DNA from: Terracidiphilus sp.
GTDB lineage: Bacteria > Acidobacteriota > Terriglobia > Terriglobales > Acidobacteriaceae
NCBI GenBank assembly: GCA_052147235.1
Contig: JBKQLG010000313.1
Span: 82-64,081 of the forward strand
DNA length: 64,000 nt
Direction of reading: 5' to 3'
Part shown: piece after piece, positions 10,724 through 20,697 of the stretch
Layout of the letters: every line of letters begins with the position of its first letter
How positions within the stretch are numbered: the first letter of the stretch is position 1
Notes under the pieces: generated by a model
The model's database searches: none
The model's input: the letters and a program-made list of their open reading frames with translations, nothing else
Told to the model about the DNA's origin: nothing
Position numbers and translations under genes: made by a program

Positions 10724-11719
10724 TTAGCCCCGCTTCGCGGGATCGCGAGTTAGCGAGTTAGCAGCAGTTTCTATCAGCCGGAAGTACTGCTTCGCCTTGG
10801 CCACATCCCGGAAGATCTGCGCCTTGAGCGCCACGGGAGTCGGCCATTCTCGCTCACCGCGCAGGCGAAACATGAACTCCAGCGTAATCGGTGTCTCCTC
10901 GTCCATCTCTACCGGCTCAAAGTCGAGGATGTGCGACTCGACGGCAAAGGAGGCCGCGCCGAAAGTAGGCCGGTTGCCCACGTTGGTCACCGCCTGAAAG
11001 CTGCGCCCGGCCACCGTGAGCCGCGTAACGTAGACCCCGAAGGCGGGAAGCAGACCTCCGTATGGCGCCAGGTTCACCGTGGGCACCAGCAGCCGTGTGC
11101 CGATGCCGCGCCCGCGCGCCTGGGTGGAGCGCACCTCGAAGGGCCGTCCCAGCATCCAGCGCGCGCGGATCATGTCGCCGGCAGCCACGAAATCGCGGAT
11201 CGCCGAGCTGGAAACCTCCAGGCCACGCGCCGGCACCGGAGGATGCACGTGGACGGCAAAGCCAAACTCCGCGCCAAGTTGCTTCAGTTCGGCGACGCCG
11301 GCCTCGGCGTGATGGCCGAAGCGGAAGTTGCCACCCTCATGGAGGCTGCGCAGGCCCAGAGCTTCCACCAGAATGCCGCGCACAAACTCCCGCGCCGCGA
11401 GCGAGGCCAGCGCCTCATCGAAGGGCAGCACCACCACCGCGTCAATGCCGGTGAGGGACAGCAGGCGCAGGCGCTCCTCAACCGGCGTGAGCAGCCGCGG
11501 CGCCTGGGCGGGGCGCAGAAATTGCTCCGGGTGGGGGTCGAAGGTAATAGCCACAGCTTGCGCGCCATGCTCCCGGACTTCGCGCACCACCGCCGAAAGA
11601 ATCTGCTGGTGGCCCAGATGCACGCCGTCGAAGTTGCCAATGGAGGCGACGCTGGGGCCAAAGCCCGCCGGAATCTCCGCAACCGAATGAAAGACAGAAA
11701 TCACATGGCCCTCGGTCAT
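10724..11719 (-). CDS. ribF: bifunctional riboflavin kinase / FAD synthetase
   Basis: The start ATG at 11719-11717 gives MTEGHVISVF...SIGNFDGVHLGHQQIL (the nucleotidyltransferase motif) and a C-terminal riboflavin kinase domain (GRPF...GIGTRLLVPTVNL). TGATG overlap with the upstream gene. The 648-aa track ORF is an artefactual N-terminal extension. Confidence 0.9.
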   Translation of the reverse strand: MTEGHVISVFHSVAEIPAGFGPSVASIGNFDGVHLGHQQILSAVVREVREHGAQAVAITFDPHPEQFLRPAQAPRLLTPVEERLRLLSLTGIDAVVVLPFDEALASLAAREFVRGILVEALGLRSLHEGGNFRFGHHAEAGVAELKQLGAEFGFAVHVHPPVPARGLEVSSSAIRDFVAAGDMIRARWMLGRPFEVRSTQARGRGIGTRLLVPTVNLAPYGGLLPAFGVYVTRLTVAGRSFQAVTNVGNRPTFGAASFAVESHILDFEPVEMDEETPITLEFMFRLRGEREWPTPVALKAQIFRDVAKAKQYFRLIETAANSLTRDPAKRG

Positions 11720-12525
11720 CAATGCATGGTCCCCAGATTCACGGGCAGGCTGAGGCCGTCGTAAGCCAGCCGAATGCCGCCGGGCAGCAAGTGGTTGGTT
11801 TGTTCGTGACCCAGTTCGTGGGCGATGTGTGTGAGCCAGGTCTGGCGCGCGCCGATGCGCGTGGCCCAGCCGATCGCCTGCTCCACGGTGGCGTGGCTGG
11901 GGTGTGGCTTGTGGCGCAGCGCGGAGACGACCAGAAGGTCCAGCCCTTCGAGCAGCGCAAAACTCGATTCGGGGATGGCGCTCACGTCGGTCAGGTAGGC
12001 GGCGCGGCCAAAGCGAAAACCGGCAATCTCCATCTCGCCGTGCAGCAGCGGCACGCGCAGGAAGTCGACGCCGTACACCGGAGTCCGCTCGGCCAGCGGA
12101 TGCAGTTGGACGCGGGCGCGGGTGGGATAAGTGGCGCGCGGCGAAAAAGTGTACTCGAAGATGTGCTCCATTACTGAGGTGGTTTCCGGCGTGGCGTAGA
12201 GCGGAATGGGCGCGCCTTCGCGAAAGGCGGCGAAGCTGAGCGGGCGCAGGTCGTCCATGCCCAGGATGTGATCGGCGTGAGAGTGGGTGTAAAAGACAGC
12301 GTCTACGCGGGTGAGGCCGTTGCGCAGCGCCTGCTCGCGAAAGTCCGGGCCGGTGTCGATGACCACCACACGCTCGCGCGCGTCCGCATCGCGCCAGCGC
12401 AGGAGCAGCGATGGCCGCAGCCGCCGGTCGCGCGGGTCGACCGAGGTGCAGACTGCGCAGCCACAGCCCAGCGTCGGAACCCCCATCGAGGTTCCCGTGC
12501 CGAGAAATGTGAGCAGTCCGTCCAT
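11719..12525 (-). CDS. MBL-fold metallo-hydrolase (PhnP/GPMB-like)
   Basis: The likely start is MDGLLTFLGTGTSMGVPTLGCGC. HxHxDH motif YTHSHADHILG. Its stop overlaps the ribF start by 1 nt. Confidence 0.85.
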   Translation of the reverse strand: MDGLLTFLGTGTSMGVPTLGCGCAVCTSVDPRDRRLRPSLLLRWRDADARERVVVIDTGPDFREQALRNGLTRVDAVFYTHSHADHILGMDDLRPLSFAAFREGAPIPLYATPETTSVMEHIFEYTFSPRATYPTRARVQLHPLAERTPVYGVDFLRVPLLHGEMEIAGFRFGRAAYLTDVSAIPESSFALLEGLDLLVVSALRHKPHPSHATVEQAIGWATRIGARQTWLTHIAHELGHEQTNHLLPGGIRLAYDGLSLPVNLGTMH

Positions 12526-12601
12526 GCACGTCCAATGAACAAAATTGGTTGAGAGTTGAGGTATCCCACCCTTGGCACATAAACGCGCCAAAGATGTGGC
12601 A

Positions 12602-12634
12602 CCCAGCATCTGATCCCTGGCCCCTGATCCCTGG
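12602..12634 (-). repeat. direct 10-mer repeat / G-run cluster in an intercistronic spacer
   Basis: Plus strand: TGATCCCTGG (12611-12620), CCCC, TGATCCCTGG (12625-12634). Minus (sense) strand: CCAGGGATCAGGGGCCAGGGATCAGATGCTGGG, with four runs of at least 3 G. Confidence 0.6.
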
Positions 12635-12635
12635 T

Positions 12636-13232
12636 TTAATGCTTGCCCGGCGGTGGAGGCGGCTGCACACCCTGCAAGGTGATCATCCTGGTCAGTTCCA
12701 GGAAGGCCATGCGCAGCTCAAAGAGCACCGTCTCCAGAGTGTTGCTTTCACTCTCAGTCAAGTTGCCGCGGGTCTTCTCGGCCAGTACGGCCAGCAGGTC
12801 GATGGTCGTCCGCGCCCCCAGAATGTCCACTCTGGGACGTTGGCCCTCCTGTGTGCCCGCGCCCATCTGGATCATCGCGGAGACGTAAAACTGCTGCACG
12901 AGATGCTCGAAGCTGATGGGCGGCTGCGGACCAGCTGCGGGGTTCTGCGCACGCACCATATCTTCCAGCCGCTGGGCAGAGGCGTCGTATGCTTTTTTCT
13001 GTTCGCGGCTCTCCTGAGCGGTGGGCGCGACGGGTATCTCGCCTTCCGCCTCGGCTTCGGGCTTCGGCTCGTTGACCACCAGCCGCGGACCTCCGCTCTT
13101 ATCAGGCGGCGGCGATGCCGCTTCAACCGATGCTGCTTCCACCGGAGATGCGGACGGCTGCTGGTTCTCCTGCTCTTCTTCCGCCTTCATCTTGCGGCGG
13201 TCAATGACTTCAAACTTCGGCTTATCGCTCAT
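12636..13232 (-). CDS. DUF1844 domain protein
   Basis: The start MSDKPKFEVIDRRK is followed by an acidic low-complexity stretch. The conserved C-terminus is FEHLVQQFYVSAMIQMG...IDLLAVLAEKTRGNLT..E...LE.VLFELRMAFLE. Confidence 0.75.
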   Translation of the reverse strand: MSDKPKFEVIDRRKMKAEEEQENQQPSASPVEAASVEAASPPPDKSGGPRLVVNEPKPEAEAEGEIPVAPTAQESREQKKAYDASAQRLEDMVRAQNPAAGPQPPISFEHLVQQFYVSAMIQMGAGTQEGQRPRVDILGARTTIDLLAVLAEKTRGNLTESESNTLETVLFELRMAFLELTRMITLQGVQPPPPPGKH

Positions 13233-13290
13233 GGTTTTCTGCTTTCCAATCTGTCTTGCTGATTGACGAATTCGCTCAGTCGTAACACTG

Positions 13291-14502
13291 CTATTCAGCT
13301 TCGAGTTCTGGCGGCATGGCCAGGATGCGGGCCGTGCCCGTCGCCGTTCCTGCCGTGTATGTGAAGGGCTGATTGCGAGCTTCGGACTCTGCACGCATCA
13401 TTCCCAAGGCGAAGACGCGGCTGCCGGTGTGCAACGGCAGTTCCGCCGCGCTGGTGATCTGGCCGGCAACCGCTCCGCCCTCCAATGTTAACGCAGTTCC
13501 AGTGGCGGGTACTGTTCCAAACAACTCCAGCGAACGCAAATGCCGGTGAACGCTGCCGCGCGAGCGGATGCGCTCCACGATCTCCTGGCCCAAATAGCAA
13601 CCCTTGTTAAAGCTGAGCGCCACCTGCGGTGGGGCAGTCTGCTCGCGATTTATTTGCATAGATTTCGTCGTCCCTGAATAAGTCTCCACCAGCGGTACGG
13701 CTTCCTGGGGCAGGTCGCGCTCGGCAATATCGATGCCGTAGGCGGGTATCCCCTCGGCAACGCGCAAGGCCTCCAGCGAAGCCGTTCCTACCGGGCGAGC
13801 GCCCGCCTCAACCAGCGCCTGCCAGAGCGCGGGAATCTTGTGCACGGGCACCCACAGCTCGTAGTGCGGCGCGAGCAGACCATAGGACCGCGCCACGAGC
13901 ATTTCCTGGCCGTTCCAGGCAGCGCGGGCGCTGGTCAGCGGCTCCTGCGGCGCGGGCAGGCCCAGTTGCGCCAGTAAATCGGCGGCCATAGGGCCGGCAA
14001 GCCCCAGCGCCGTCTCGCCGGTCAGCCCGCCATCTGCGTCCAGACTCAACGGCGCAAGTTCTACGTCGTCCATGATGATGAAACGCTCCAGATGAGCCAG
14101 CAGTTTTACATACTGATCGGCGGCAATGACCAAAGTGAGTTCGTCGCCCTCGCGCCAGACGTACAGGTCGCCCTGTATGCGTCCCTGCGCATTGAGCACC
14201 AGGTTCCATGCGCCGGCGTTTGTGGCCAGATCGTTCACTGTGTTGGTGACCATGCCGCTCAACCAGCGGAAGCGATCTTCACCACGCACTGACACGCGCC
14301 GCAGCCAGCCCAGGTCGTGAACCGCGACTCCGGTTAGCAGCGCCGCTGTTTCCTTCTCTGCCGCGTCCAACCTCAGAGGGGTCAGCCCGCCGCGATAGGC
14401 TTGAAGCAGCGGCGGCGCAGCGGCTTGAGCCAGCATGAGCGCAAGCGGGGTCGCGATGGGTTCAGTGGCCTCGAGGGCTGGGGGGATGGCCGTTTCAGTC
14501 AT
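13291..14502 (-). CDS. YgfZ/GcvT-family folate-binding protein (aminomethyltransferase fold)
   Basis: GcvT-like N-terminal domain and the KGCYLGQE motif (NKGCYLGQEIVERIRSRG) characteristic of YgfZ-type proteins. Confidence 0.8.
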   Translation of the reverse strand: MTETAIPPALEATEPIATPLALMLAQAAAPPLLQAYRGGLTPLRLDAAEKETAALLTGVAVHDLGWLRRVSVRGEDRFRWLSGMVTNTVNDLATNAGAWNLVLNAQGRIQGDLYVWREGDELTLVIAADQYVKLLAHLERFIIMDDVELAPLSLDADGGLTGETALGLAGPMAADLLAQLGLPAPQEPLTSARAAWNGQEMLVARSYGLLAPHYELWVPVHKIPALWQALVEAGARPVGTASLEALRVAEGIPAYGIDIAERDLPQEAVPLVETYSGTTKSMQINREQTAPPQVALSFNKGCYLGQEIVERIRSRGSVHRHLRSLELFGTVPATGTALTLEGGAVAGQITSAAELPLHTGSRVFALGMMRAESEARNQPFTYTAGTATGTARILAMPPELEAE

Positions 14503-14600
14503 AGGGGATAGTTTTTGCCAATTCGGGCGCGGTTTTTCAGCGGTTTTTTCTCGCCCGGCCGCATCTTGATTATAGCCTTGGAAGTAGATAGGGAGAATCG

Positions 14601-16292
14601 ATGAGCAAGCAGCACGGATGGTTTCGCGGTTGGACTTTGGTAGTGGCGTTGTGTTTTACGGCATCCATTGCGCCAGGTCAGCAGCCGCCTGTTGTGGCCG
14701 CTCCTCCTGCCGCAGCCGCGCCGCAGGCGCAGTTGGCCGCTCCGCAGGTGCCCGCCAAGATCACTCCCGAACAGGCGCGCCAGCTCTTCTCGCTGGTCGA
14801 TGAGCTGATCAAATTCTCCTCTGACGAGACCGGGCTGCCCATCAAGAGACAGGTCAAGCGCCAGATCACCTCCCGCGCCATTGTCGAAAGCGATTTGAAA
14901 GAGAAGTTCGACGAAGACGAAAGCGCCCGGCGTATGCAGCAAAGCGAAATCGTGCTGAAGAAGTTCGGCCTGCTGGATCGCGATTTCGCCCTCAAGCCCT
15001 TTCTGCTGCAGCTTCTCAAAGAGCAGATCGAGGCCTACTACGACTTCAAGACCAAGACCGTCTATATGCTCGACTGGGTGGGCATTGAGGAGCAGAAGCC
15101 GGTGCTGGCCCACGAGCTGACCCATGCGCTGCAGGACCAGCACACCGACCTGGAAAAGTGGAGCGACCAGACCCCCGATGACGTCTCGCTCAACTCAGCC
15201 GGCGACACCGACCACCTGGCCAAGGACGAGATGGACACGGCCCGCCAGGCCATCGTCGAGGGCCAGGCCACAGCCGTGATGATGGATTACATTCTCAAGC
15301 CGATGGGGAAGAGTCTGGTGAAAGACCCGGAGGTGATGGACTTCGTCCAGCAGCAGATGTCGTCCTCGCAGGGCTCGCCCATGCTGGCGCGCGCACCGCT
15401 GCTGCTCAGTGAGTCGCTGATCTTCCCTTATCGCGAGGGCCTCAGCTTCGAGCAGGATGTGTGGATGGACCAGGGCCAGACGGCGGCCTTTACCGGAACC
15501 CTCGATCATCCGCCCACCTCAAGTTGGGAGATCCTCAACCCGCGCGAGTACGAAGCGCGACACACGCCGGCCATACCCCTGCTGCCCAACATTCATCCGC
15601 TGGTGGACCCGCTATACAAGCCTTACGACATCGGCCAGATGGGCCAGCTTGACGTGCGCATTCTTACCGAGCTCTTCGGCGGCGAGCAGGCCGCCAGCGA
15701 CCTGACGCCGGCCTGGGACGGCGGCCTCTACTGGGCCGGCCAGCGGCTCAGTGCCAAGACTCCCGCCGACAAGGCCAAGACGGATTCCATCGCCATCTTT
15801 TATCTTTCAGCGTGGAAGAACGCGGCCTCCGCGGAGGACTTTGCCGAGCTCTATGCGGATGAGCTGGGCCGTAAATACTCCAGTGTCCGGCTCGAATCGG
15901 ACTCCCAGAGCGCAGCCCCGGCCAGCCACTCTTCCGGATTCAAAGTCTTCCCGCCCGCCGCATCGCCGCCGGATGAATCTTCCGAAGCGACAAACTCCGC
16001 TCCAGCAGCATTGCCCGGGGAGCAGGTCTACTCCACCAGCGAAGGCCCGGTGGTCATCACCACGCGCGGCAAGCTGGTCTTCGTCGCCGAGAGCTTCCCG
16101 CTCGACCTGGCCCGCAAACTCACCGCTTTGATTCTCGACGCGCAAGGCACCGGCGAGATGAAGATGGCAGGCACACCGGAGCCGGGGGCGGCGATCGGCG
16201 AGCCGCTCACCGCCAGCTTCATCCGCTTTTTCTCCAACTGCGGCGTGATGAAGGCCGCCGTGGATGCTGACGTCAAGGCTGCGGCACAGTAG
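14601..16292 (+). CDS. secreted HExxH protein (putative zinc metallopeptidase of unassigned family)
   Basis: Signal peptide (WTLVVALCFTASIAPGQQ), a Pro/Ala-rich linker and an HELTHALQDQH motif. I did not recognise a family. Confidence 0.55.
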   Translation: MSKQHGWFRGWTLVVALCFTASIAPGQQPPVVAAPPAAAAPQAQLAAPQVPAKITPEQARQLFSLVDELIKFSSDETGLPIKRQVKRQITSRAIVESDLKEKFDEDESARRMQQSEIVLKKFGLLDRDFALKPFLLQLLKEQIEAYYDFKTKTVYMLDWVGIEEQKPVLAHELTHALQDQHTDLEKWSDQTPDDVSLNSAGDTDHLAKDEMDTARQAIVEGQATAVMMDYILKPMGKSLVKDPEVMDFVQQQMSSSQGSPMLARAPLLLSESLIFPYREGLSFEQDVWMDQGQTAAFTGTLDHPPTSSWEILNPREYEARHTPAIPLLPNIHPLVDPLYKPYDIGQMGQLDVRILTELFGGEQAASDLTPAWDGGLYWAGQRLSAKTPADKAKTDSIAIFYLSAWKNAASAEDFAELYADELGRKYSSVRLESDSQSAAPASHSSGFKVFPPAASPPDESSEATNSAPAALPGEQVYSTSEGPVVITTRGKLVFVAESFPLDLARKLTALILDAQGTGEMKMAGTPEPGAAIGEPLTASFIRFFSNCGVMKAAVDADVKAAAQ

Positions 16293-16322
16293 CTCAGCGT
16301 CTCCCAGATACTGTTTTCCGTC

Positions 16323-17090
16323 CTACCGCTCCCCGCTCAGGATCGACCCGACGATCCCGCCCAGCAGCGCGCCGCCGGCGGCCGGTCCTACCTGGCGGTT
16401 CTCGGTGTGGGGCAGGTACTCGGCAATCTGGTGAGCCAGCCGCGAGATGGGCAGCGTCTGCAGCCACACCGCGCCCGGCCCCCTCATCTCGGCCAGAAAG
16501 ATTCCGTCGCCGCCGAAGATCATGTTCTTGATGCCCGGCACGGTGGTGATCTGAAATGCCACCGAGGACTGGAAGGCGCCCACGTGGCCGGGATGCACGC
16601 GCAGCAGCTCGCCCGGCGCCAGGTTCTTCACAACCAGCTCGCCGCTCAGCTCCAGCCACGCCGTGCCCTGGCCGGCGACCCGTTGCAACAGGAATCCGTC
16701 ACCGCCAAAGATGCCCGCTCCCAGAGACTGCTGGAAGCCGACGCCGATGGTGACTTGCGTAGTGGCGCAGAGAAAGCCATGGCGGTGGACCATGTACTCC
16801 GCGCCTGGCCCAATCTCGACGGGCACGATGTGGCCCGGCACCTTGGTGGCAAATGAGACAACGCCAGGAGCGCCGTAGGCACGGTATTCGGTCATGAACA
16901 AGCTGCCGCCGCCGGCCACGCGCTTGAGCACGCCGAAGAGGCCGCCGCCTCCGCCCATCTGCGTGTGGGTGGTCATCTGGATGGAAGCGGTCATCCAGGA
17001 GAGCTCGCCGCTCTCGCTGAAAACGCTCTCGTTGGGTTCAAGCTGGACATCGAGCACGGGCATGGTCGTGCCCTGAATTTTGGTCTGCAT
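16323..17090 (-). CDS. AIM24 / TIGR00266 (DUF124) family protein
   Basis: The start MQTKIQGTTMPVLDVQLEPNESVFSESGELSWM..., the GGGGLFGVLKR loop and the beta-rich layout are typical of the family. The C-terminus is a Gly-rich hydrophobic tail. Confidence 0.75.
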   Translation of the reverse strand: MQTKIQGTTMPVLDVQLEPNESVFSESGELSWMTASIQMTTHTQMGGGGGLFGVLKRVAGGGSLFMTEYRAYGAPGVVSFATKVPGHIVPVEIGPGAEYMVHRHGFLCATTQVTIGVGFQQSLGAGIFGGDGFLLQRVAGQGTAWLELSGELVVKNLAPGELLRVHPGHVGAFQSSVAFQITTVPGIKNMIFGGDGIFLAEMRGPGAVWLQTLPISRLAHQIAEYLPHTENRQVGPAAGGALLGGIVGSILSGER

Positions 17091-17143
17091 GGTGTGATCT
17101 CCGTTTCTTTGAAAATGTAGTATTTGATCCGTGGTTTCCTTCC

Positions 17144-19540
17144 CTACTCGACCACCTTCAAGCTGGTTTCCGCCGTGGCCAGGGAGCTGCCGCCTACCCA
17201 AATCTTATAAGTTGTTGGCTCGACGGCGCGCTTGACGTCGGCGTTATAGAAGTTCAACTCGTCGAAGCCCAGCGGAAACTCCACGTGTTTCGTCTCGCCG
17301 GGATTGAGCGCCACGCGGGCAAAACCCTTCAGCTCGCGCACCGGCTGGGAGACGATGGCTGCGGTGTTGCGGATATAGAGCTGAACGACTTCGGTTCCGG
17401 CTACGCTGCCCGCGTTCTTCACATCCACGCCAACGGTGACGACCGGCTTGTGCCCGCTGGCCAGCACTTCGCGCAGCGTAACTTCGGCGCGGCTGACGGT
17501 GGGCTGCGCGTAGCTGAAGCGGGTGTAGCTGAGGCCCCAGCCGAAGGGGTAGAGCGCGGAGTTCTCTTCATCCATATAGCGGGAAACGAACTTCTCGCCG
17601 GCGTCCCGGGGAAAGTGGCTCAGGTCGCCCTGCGCTGGCCGGCCGGTGGGCAGTTGCGCATAATAGAGCGGCTCCTGACCCACGGCGCGGGGCAGGCTCA
17701 CGGGCAGCTTGCCGGAGGGGTTCACATCGCCGAAGAGCACATCGGCGACGGCAGGTCCAGCTTCGATGCCGGGGCTCCAGGCTTCGAGAATCGCCGGCAC
17801 GTGCGCGGCAGCCCACTTCAACTCCAGCGGACGCCCGGCCAGAACCACCAGAACAACCGGCTTGCCAGTGGCGACCACAGCCTCCAGAAGCTGCTCTTGC
17901 GCGCCGGTAAAACCAAGAGTCGCGCGGCTGGAGGCTTCGCCCTCCATCCAGTCTGTCGGCTCTCCGAGGGCAAGGATGGCGACGTCGGCCTGCTTTGCGG
18001 TCTCGACGGCTGCGGCGATGGTCTTGGCATCGTCGGAGATGGAGAGAGGAACTTCCGGCGTGTCTCCGCCACCGCCGAAGTGTACACGCTTGAGGATGTT
18101 GGCGTCCTCGCCGGAGAGCAGATCGCAGCCCTGCGCATAGAGCAGGCGGTCGCCCAGGCGCTCCTGAAGCGCGGTTCTCAGCGTGACCACAAACCGGGGG
18201 TTTCCACTGACGGCCCATGCGCCCAGCATCTCGCGCTGGTTGTCGGCAAGCGGGCCGATCAGCGCCACCTTCCCGGCCTTCGCAGTGAGCGGCAAGAGAG
18301 CGCTAACGCCCGCGACGGGATCGTTCTTGAGCAGCACCATGGTCTCATCGGCCACTCTCCGGGCAGCCGCTCGGCGCTCCGGCGTGGCTTCGTAGGCCGG
18401 CGCCTCGACCGTGTAGGGGTGGTCGAAGAGCCCCAGCGCAAACTTGACGCGCAGAATGCGGCGCACCGCCTCGTCCACCACGCTCATGGGGATCTTGCCT
18501 GCGCGCACCTGGGGAGCGATGACGGTTCCGAAGAGCTCGCCCACCATGTCCATGTCCACGCCCGCTTCCAGCGCCTTGCGGGCCACGGTGGGGCCGTCCG
18601 CTCCGATCGAGTGGTTGAGCAGCTCGGCCACCGCGCCCCAGTCGGAGACCACGAATCCGTCGAATCCCCACTCGTTGCGCAAAACCTGTGTCAGCGTAAA
18701 GGGATTGGCCGAGCCGGGAACGCCGTTGATGGTGTTGAAGGAGCTCATCACCGTGGCCGCGCCGGCCTCGACCGCGACGCGATACGGCTCCAGATAGACC
18801 TGGCGCAGTGTGATCTCGCTCATATCCACGGCGTTGTAGTCGCGGCCGGCGATGGGCGCGCCGTAAGCCGCATAGTGTTTTACGCTGACGGCGACCGAGT
18901 CAGGCCGGGATAGATCGTCCTGCTGATAGCCCTTCACCCAGGCGCGGGCCATCGCCGAACCCAGGTAGGGGTCCTCGCCCGCTGATTCGACGATGCGCCC
19001 CCAGCGCGCGTCGCGGCTGATGTCCACCATGGGCGAAAAGACCCATGGAATGCCGTCGGCGCGGGCTTCCGTTGCGCCGGTACGCGCCACGAACTCCACC
19101 GCCGCCGGGTCAAAGCTGGCCGCCAGCGCCAGCGGCACCGGGAAGGTGGTGCGGTGGCCGTGAATCACGTCCAGCCCAAAGAGAATGGGAATGTGCAGTC
19201 GAGTCTTCTCCACGGCAAGGTGCTGGTAGTGATTGGTGGCTTCCGCGCTCGCCAGGTTCAGAAACGATCCAGCCAGGCCTTTGGCCGCCAGTTCGTCATT
19301 TTGGCTATTGTTGGCGCCCGGCCCGGTGGCAAAGCCGGCGTTGAACTGCGCCAATTGCCCGACCTTTTCGTCGAGGGTCATCTGTTGCAAGAGCGCTTCG
19401 ACGCGCGCGTTGATTTCCTTTGAAGCCAACTGGGGGTTGGGAACGGGCCTGGACTGAGCTGTGGCGGGGAACCAGCCGGGAGCGGCGATCGACAGGAGAA
19501 AAATCAGAATCAGCAAGGGGCGATACGAAGGATTTTTCAT
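17144..19540 (-). CDS. bglX: glycoside hydrolase family 3 beta-glucosidase (periplasmic, BglX-like)
   Basis: Signal peptide from the ATG at 19540 (MKNPSYRPLLILIFLLSIAAPG...). GH3 motifs: LDEKVGQL, the catalytic region GFVVSDWGA, and a C-terminal fibronectin-like domain. Confidence 0.9.
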   Translation of the reverse strand: MKNPSYRPLLILIFLLSIAAPGWFPATAQSRPVPNPQLASKEINARVEALLQQMTLDEKVGQLAQFNAGFATGPGANNSQNDELAAKGLAGSFLNLASAEATNHYQHLAVEKTRLHIPILFGLDVIHGHRTTFPVPLALAASFDPAAVEFVARTGATEARADGIPWVFSPMVDISRDARWGRIVESAGEDPYLGSAMARAWVKGYQQDDLSRPDSVAVSVKHYAAYGAPIAGRDYNAVDMSEITLRQVYLEPYRVAVEAGAATVMSSFNTINGVPGSANPFTLTQVLRNEWGFDGFVVSDWGAVAELLNHSIGADGPTVARKALEAGVDMDMVGELFGTVIAPQVRAGKIPMSVVDEAVRRILRVKFALGLFDHPYTVEAPAYEATPERRAAARRVADETMVLLKNDPVAGVSALLPLTAKAGKVALIGPLADNQREMLGAWAVSGNPRFVVTLRTALQERLGDRLLYAQGCDLLSGEDANILKRVHFGGGGDTPEVPLSISDDAKTIAAAVETAKQADVAILALGEPTDWMEGEASSRATLGFTGAQEQLLEAVVATGKPVVLVVLAGRPLELKWAAAHVPAILEAWSPGIEAGPAVADVLFGDVNPSGKLPVSLPRAVGQEPLYYAQLPTGRPAQGDLSHFPRDAGEKFVSRYMDEENSALYPFGWGLSYTRFSYAQPTVSRAEVTLREVLASGHKPVVTVGVDVKNAGSVAGTEVVQLYIRNTAAIVSQPVRELKGFARVALNPGETKHVEFPLGFDELNFYNADVKRAVEPTTYKIWVGGSSLATAETSLKVVE

Positions 19541-19655
19541 GGCCAAGCCAGAATACACTGTAGCGGCTGGAGTGGTCAGGCGCCTCCCGTGCCGCAAAAT
19601 CTCTTGCGCACAGGAAGCACTCGCTCAAAACCGCAGTTATCGGCTACTCTAGCCT

Positions 19656-20543
19656 GTGAGGCGTATGGCCCGGTTGATACGACATTTCCGCGAAGCCCTC
19701 TGGCTGGCGATTGAGCACGATATGCTCAACACGGCCAAAGCCGCCGCCTATTCGGGGATGCTGGCTCTGTTTCCCGCGCTGGTGGTCTTCACTGCTCTGC
19801 TGGCCCGGGTGCCGGAGGGAACCACGCTGGTGGGAGAGATTCGCGCCTCCTTCGAGCAGTTTTTGCCCGTTGATTCGATGTCCTTGTTACAGTCCGCGAT
19901 GGAGACCCGCCGCTTTTACTCCACGCAGTTGATCGCATCCGCCGCCTTTCTCTCGGTCTTTGCCGCTCTGGGCCTGATGCTCTCGCTGATGGATGGCTTT
20001 CGGCGCGCCTATCGCCAGCCGCGCGACAACTGGGGCTTCTGGCAGCGGAGGAAGCGCGCCCTGCTACTGGTGCCCATCGTGCTGCTTCCGTTGGCGCTGG
20101 CATCCCTGGTGCTGGTCTTCGGACGCCAGTTCGAGGCATGGATGATTGAGAACGCCGGCCACCAGTTGCGCCACTTGGTGCTCTTCTCGTGGCGCTTGGC
20201 GCGTTGGGCCATCGCGCTCGTCACCAGCGTCACCGTCCTGGGCGCACTCTATCACTTCGGCACCCGTCGCAAGGAGCACTGGGCCTGGGTGGGGCCCGGC
20301 GCGCTGGCCGCCACGCTGCTTTGGTTCCCGGTTACGCTGGCCTTCGGCTGGTATGTGACGCGCATTGCCGACTACTCGATGTTCTACGGATCCTTCGGCG
20401 CCGGCATCGCCACGCTGATTTGGCTCTACATCACCTCATTCAGCACGCTGTTGGGCGCGGAGCTGAATGGTGTCCTCTTTCGTGAACGCCAGGAGCGGGC
20501 TTCCGCCGCCGCCAGCCAGGAGCCGGATAACTCAAGTCTGTAA
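19656..20543 (+). CDS. YihY/BrkB (ribonuclease BN-like) family membrane protein
   Basis: NTAKAAAYSGMLALFPALVV plus six hydrophobic segments and the typical C-terminus YGSFGAGIATLIWLYITSFSTLLGAELN. Confidence 0.85.
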   Translation: MRRMARLIRHFREALWLAIEHDMLNTAKAAAYSGMLALFPALVVFTALLARVPEGTTLVGEIRASFEQFLPVDSMSLLQSAMETRRFYSTQLIASAAFLSVFAALGLMLSLMDGFRRAYRQPRDNWGFWQRRKRALLLVPIVLLPLALASLVLVFGRQFEAWMIENAGHQLRHLVLFSWRLARWAIALVTSVTVLGALYHFGTRRKEHWAWVGPGALAATLLWFPVTLAFGWYVTRIADYSMFYGSFGAGIATLIWLYITSFSTLLGAELNGVLFRERQERASAAASQEPDNSSL

Positions 20544-20670
20544 CTGCTGACCAGCGTCCTTGAATTCGCGCTCAGCCCGGTGCGGCTGCCCGGCTGTTCA
20601 TAATCGGACAGTACATTCCAGAAACGGCCACTCCCGCGCACGTTTTCAGCTTATATTCTTCGATAAGTAA

Positions 20671-20695
20671 ATTGTTTTCAATAAGTTAAAACAAT
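20671..20695. promoter_or_regulatory. perfect 8-bp inverted repeat in an AT-rich tract just upstream of the sigma-54 element
   Basis: ATTGTTTT (20671-20678), a 9 nt spacer, then AAAACAAT (20688-20695). It lies inside the only strongly AT-rich stretch of this intergenic region. Confidence 0.4.
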
Positions 20696-20697
20696 CA

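Noticed and set aside
12573-12601. Two TGGCAC hexamers that could be sigma-54 -24 boxes
   Set aside because: Neither is followed by TTGC at the correct 5-nt spacing. They are on the strand opposite to the flanking genes.
10724-12670. 648-aa minus-strand ORF spanning ribF and the upstream gene
   Set aside because: Only the C-terminal 331 aa (from the ATG at 11719) look like RibF. The N-terminal half is Arg/Pro/Ala/His-rich nonsense in an alternative frame of the MBL-hydrolase gene, which is itself well supported in its own frame.
17285-18913. 542-aa plus-strand ORF
   Set aside because: It is antisense to the GH3 beta-glucosidase gene. It has a Gly/Arg/Ala-rich composition and no motifs.
20544-20620. 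Possible terminator hairpin after the yihY-like gene (CAGCCCGG...CCGGCTG)
   Set aside because: The stem is imperfect and there is no downstream T-tract. That is too weak to call.
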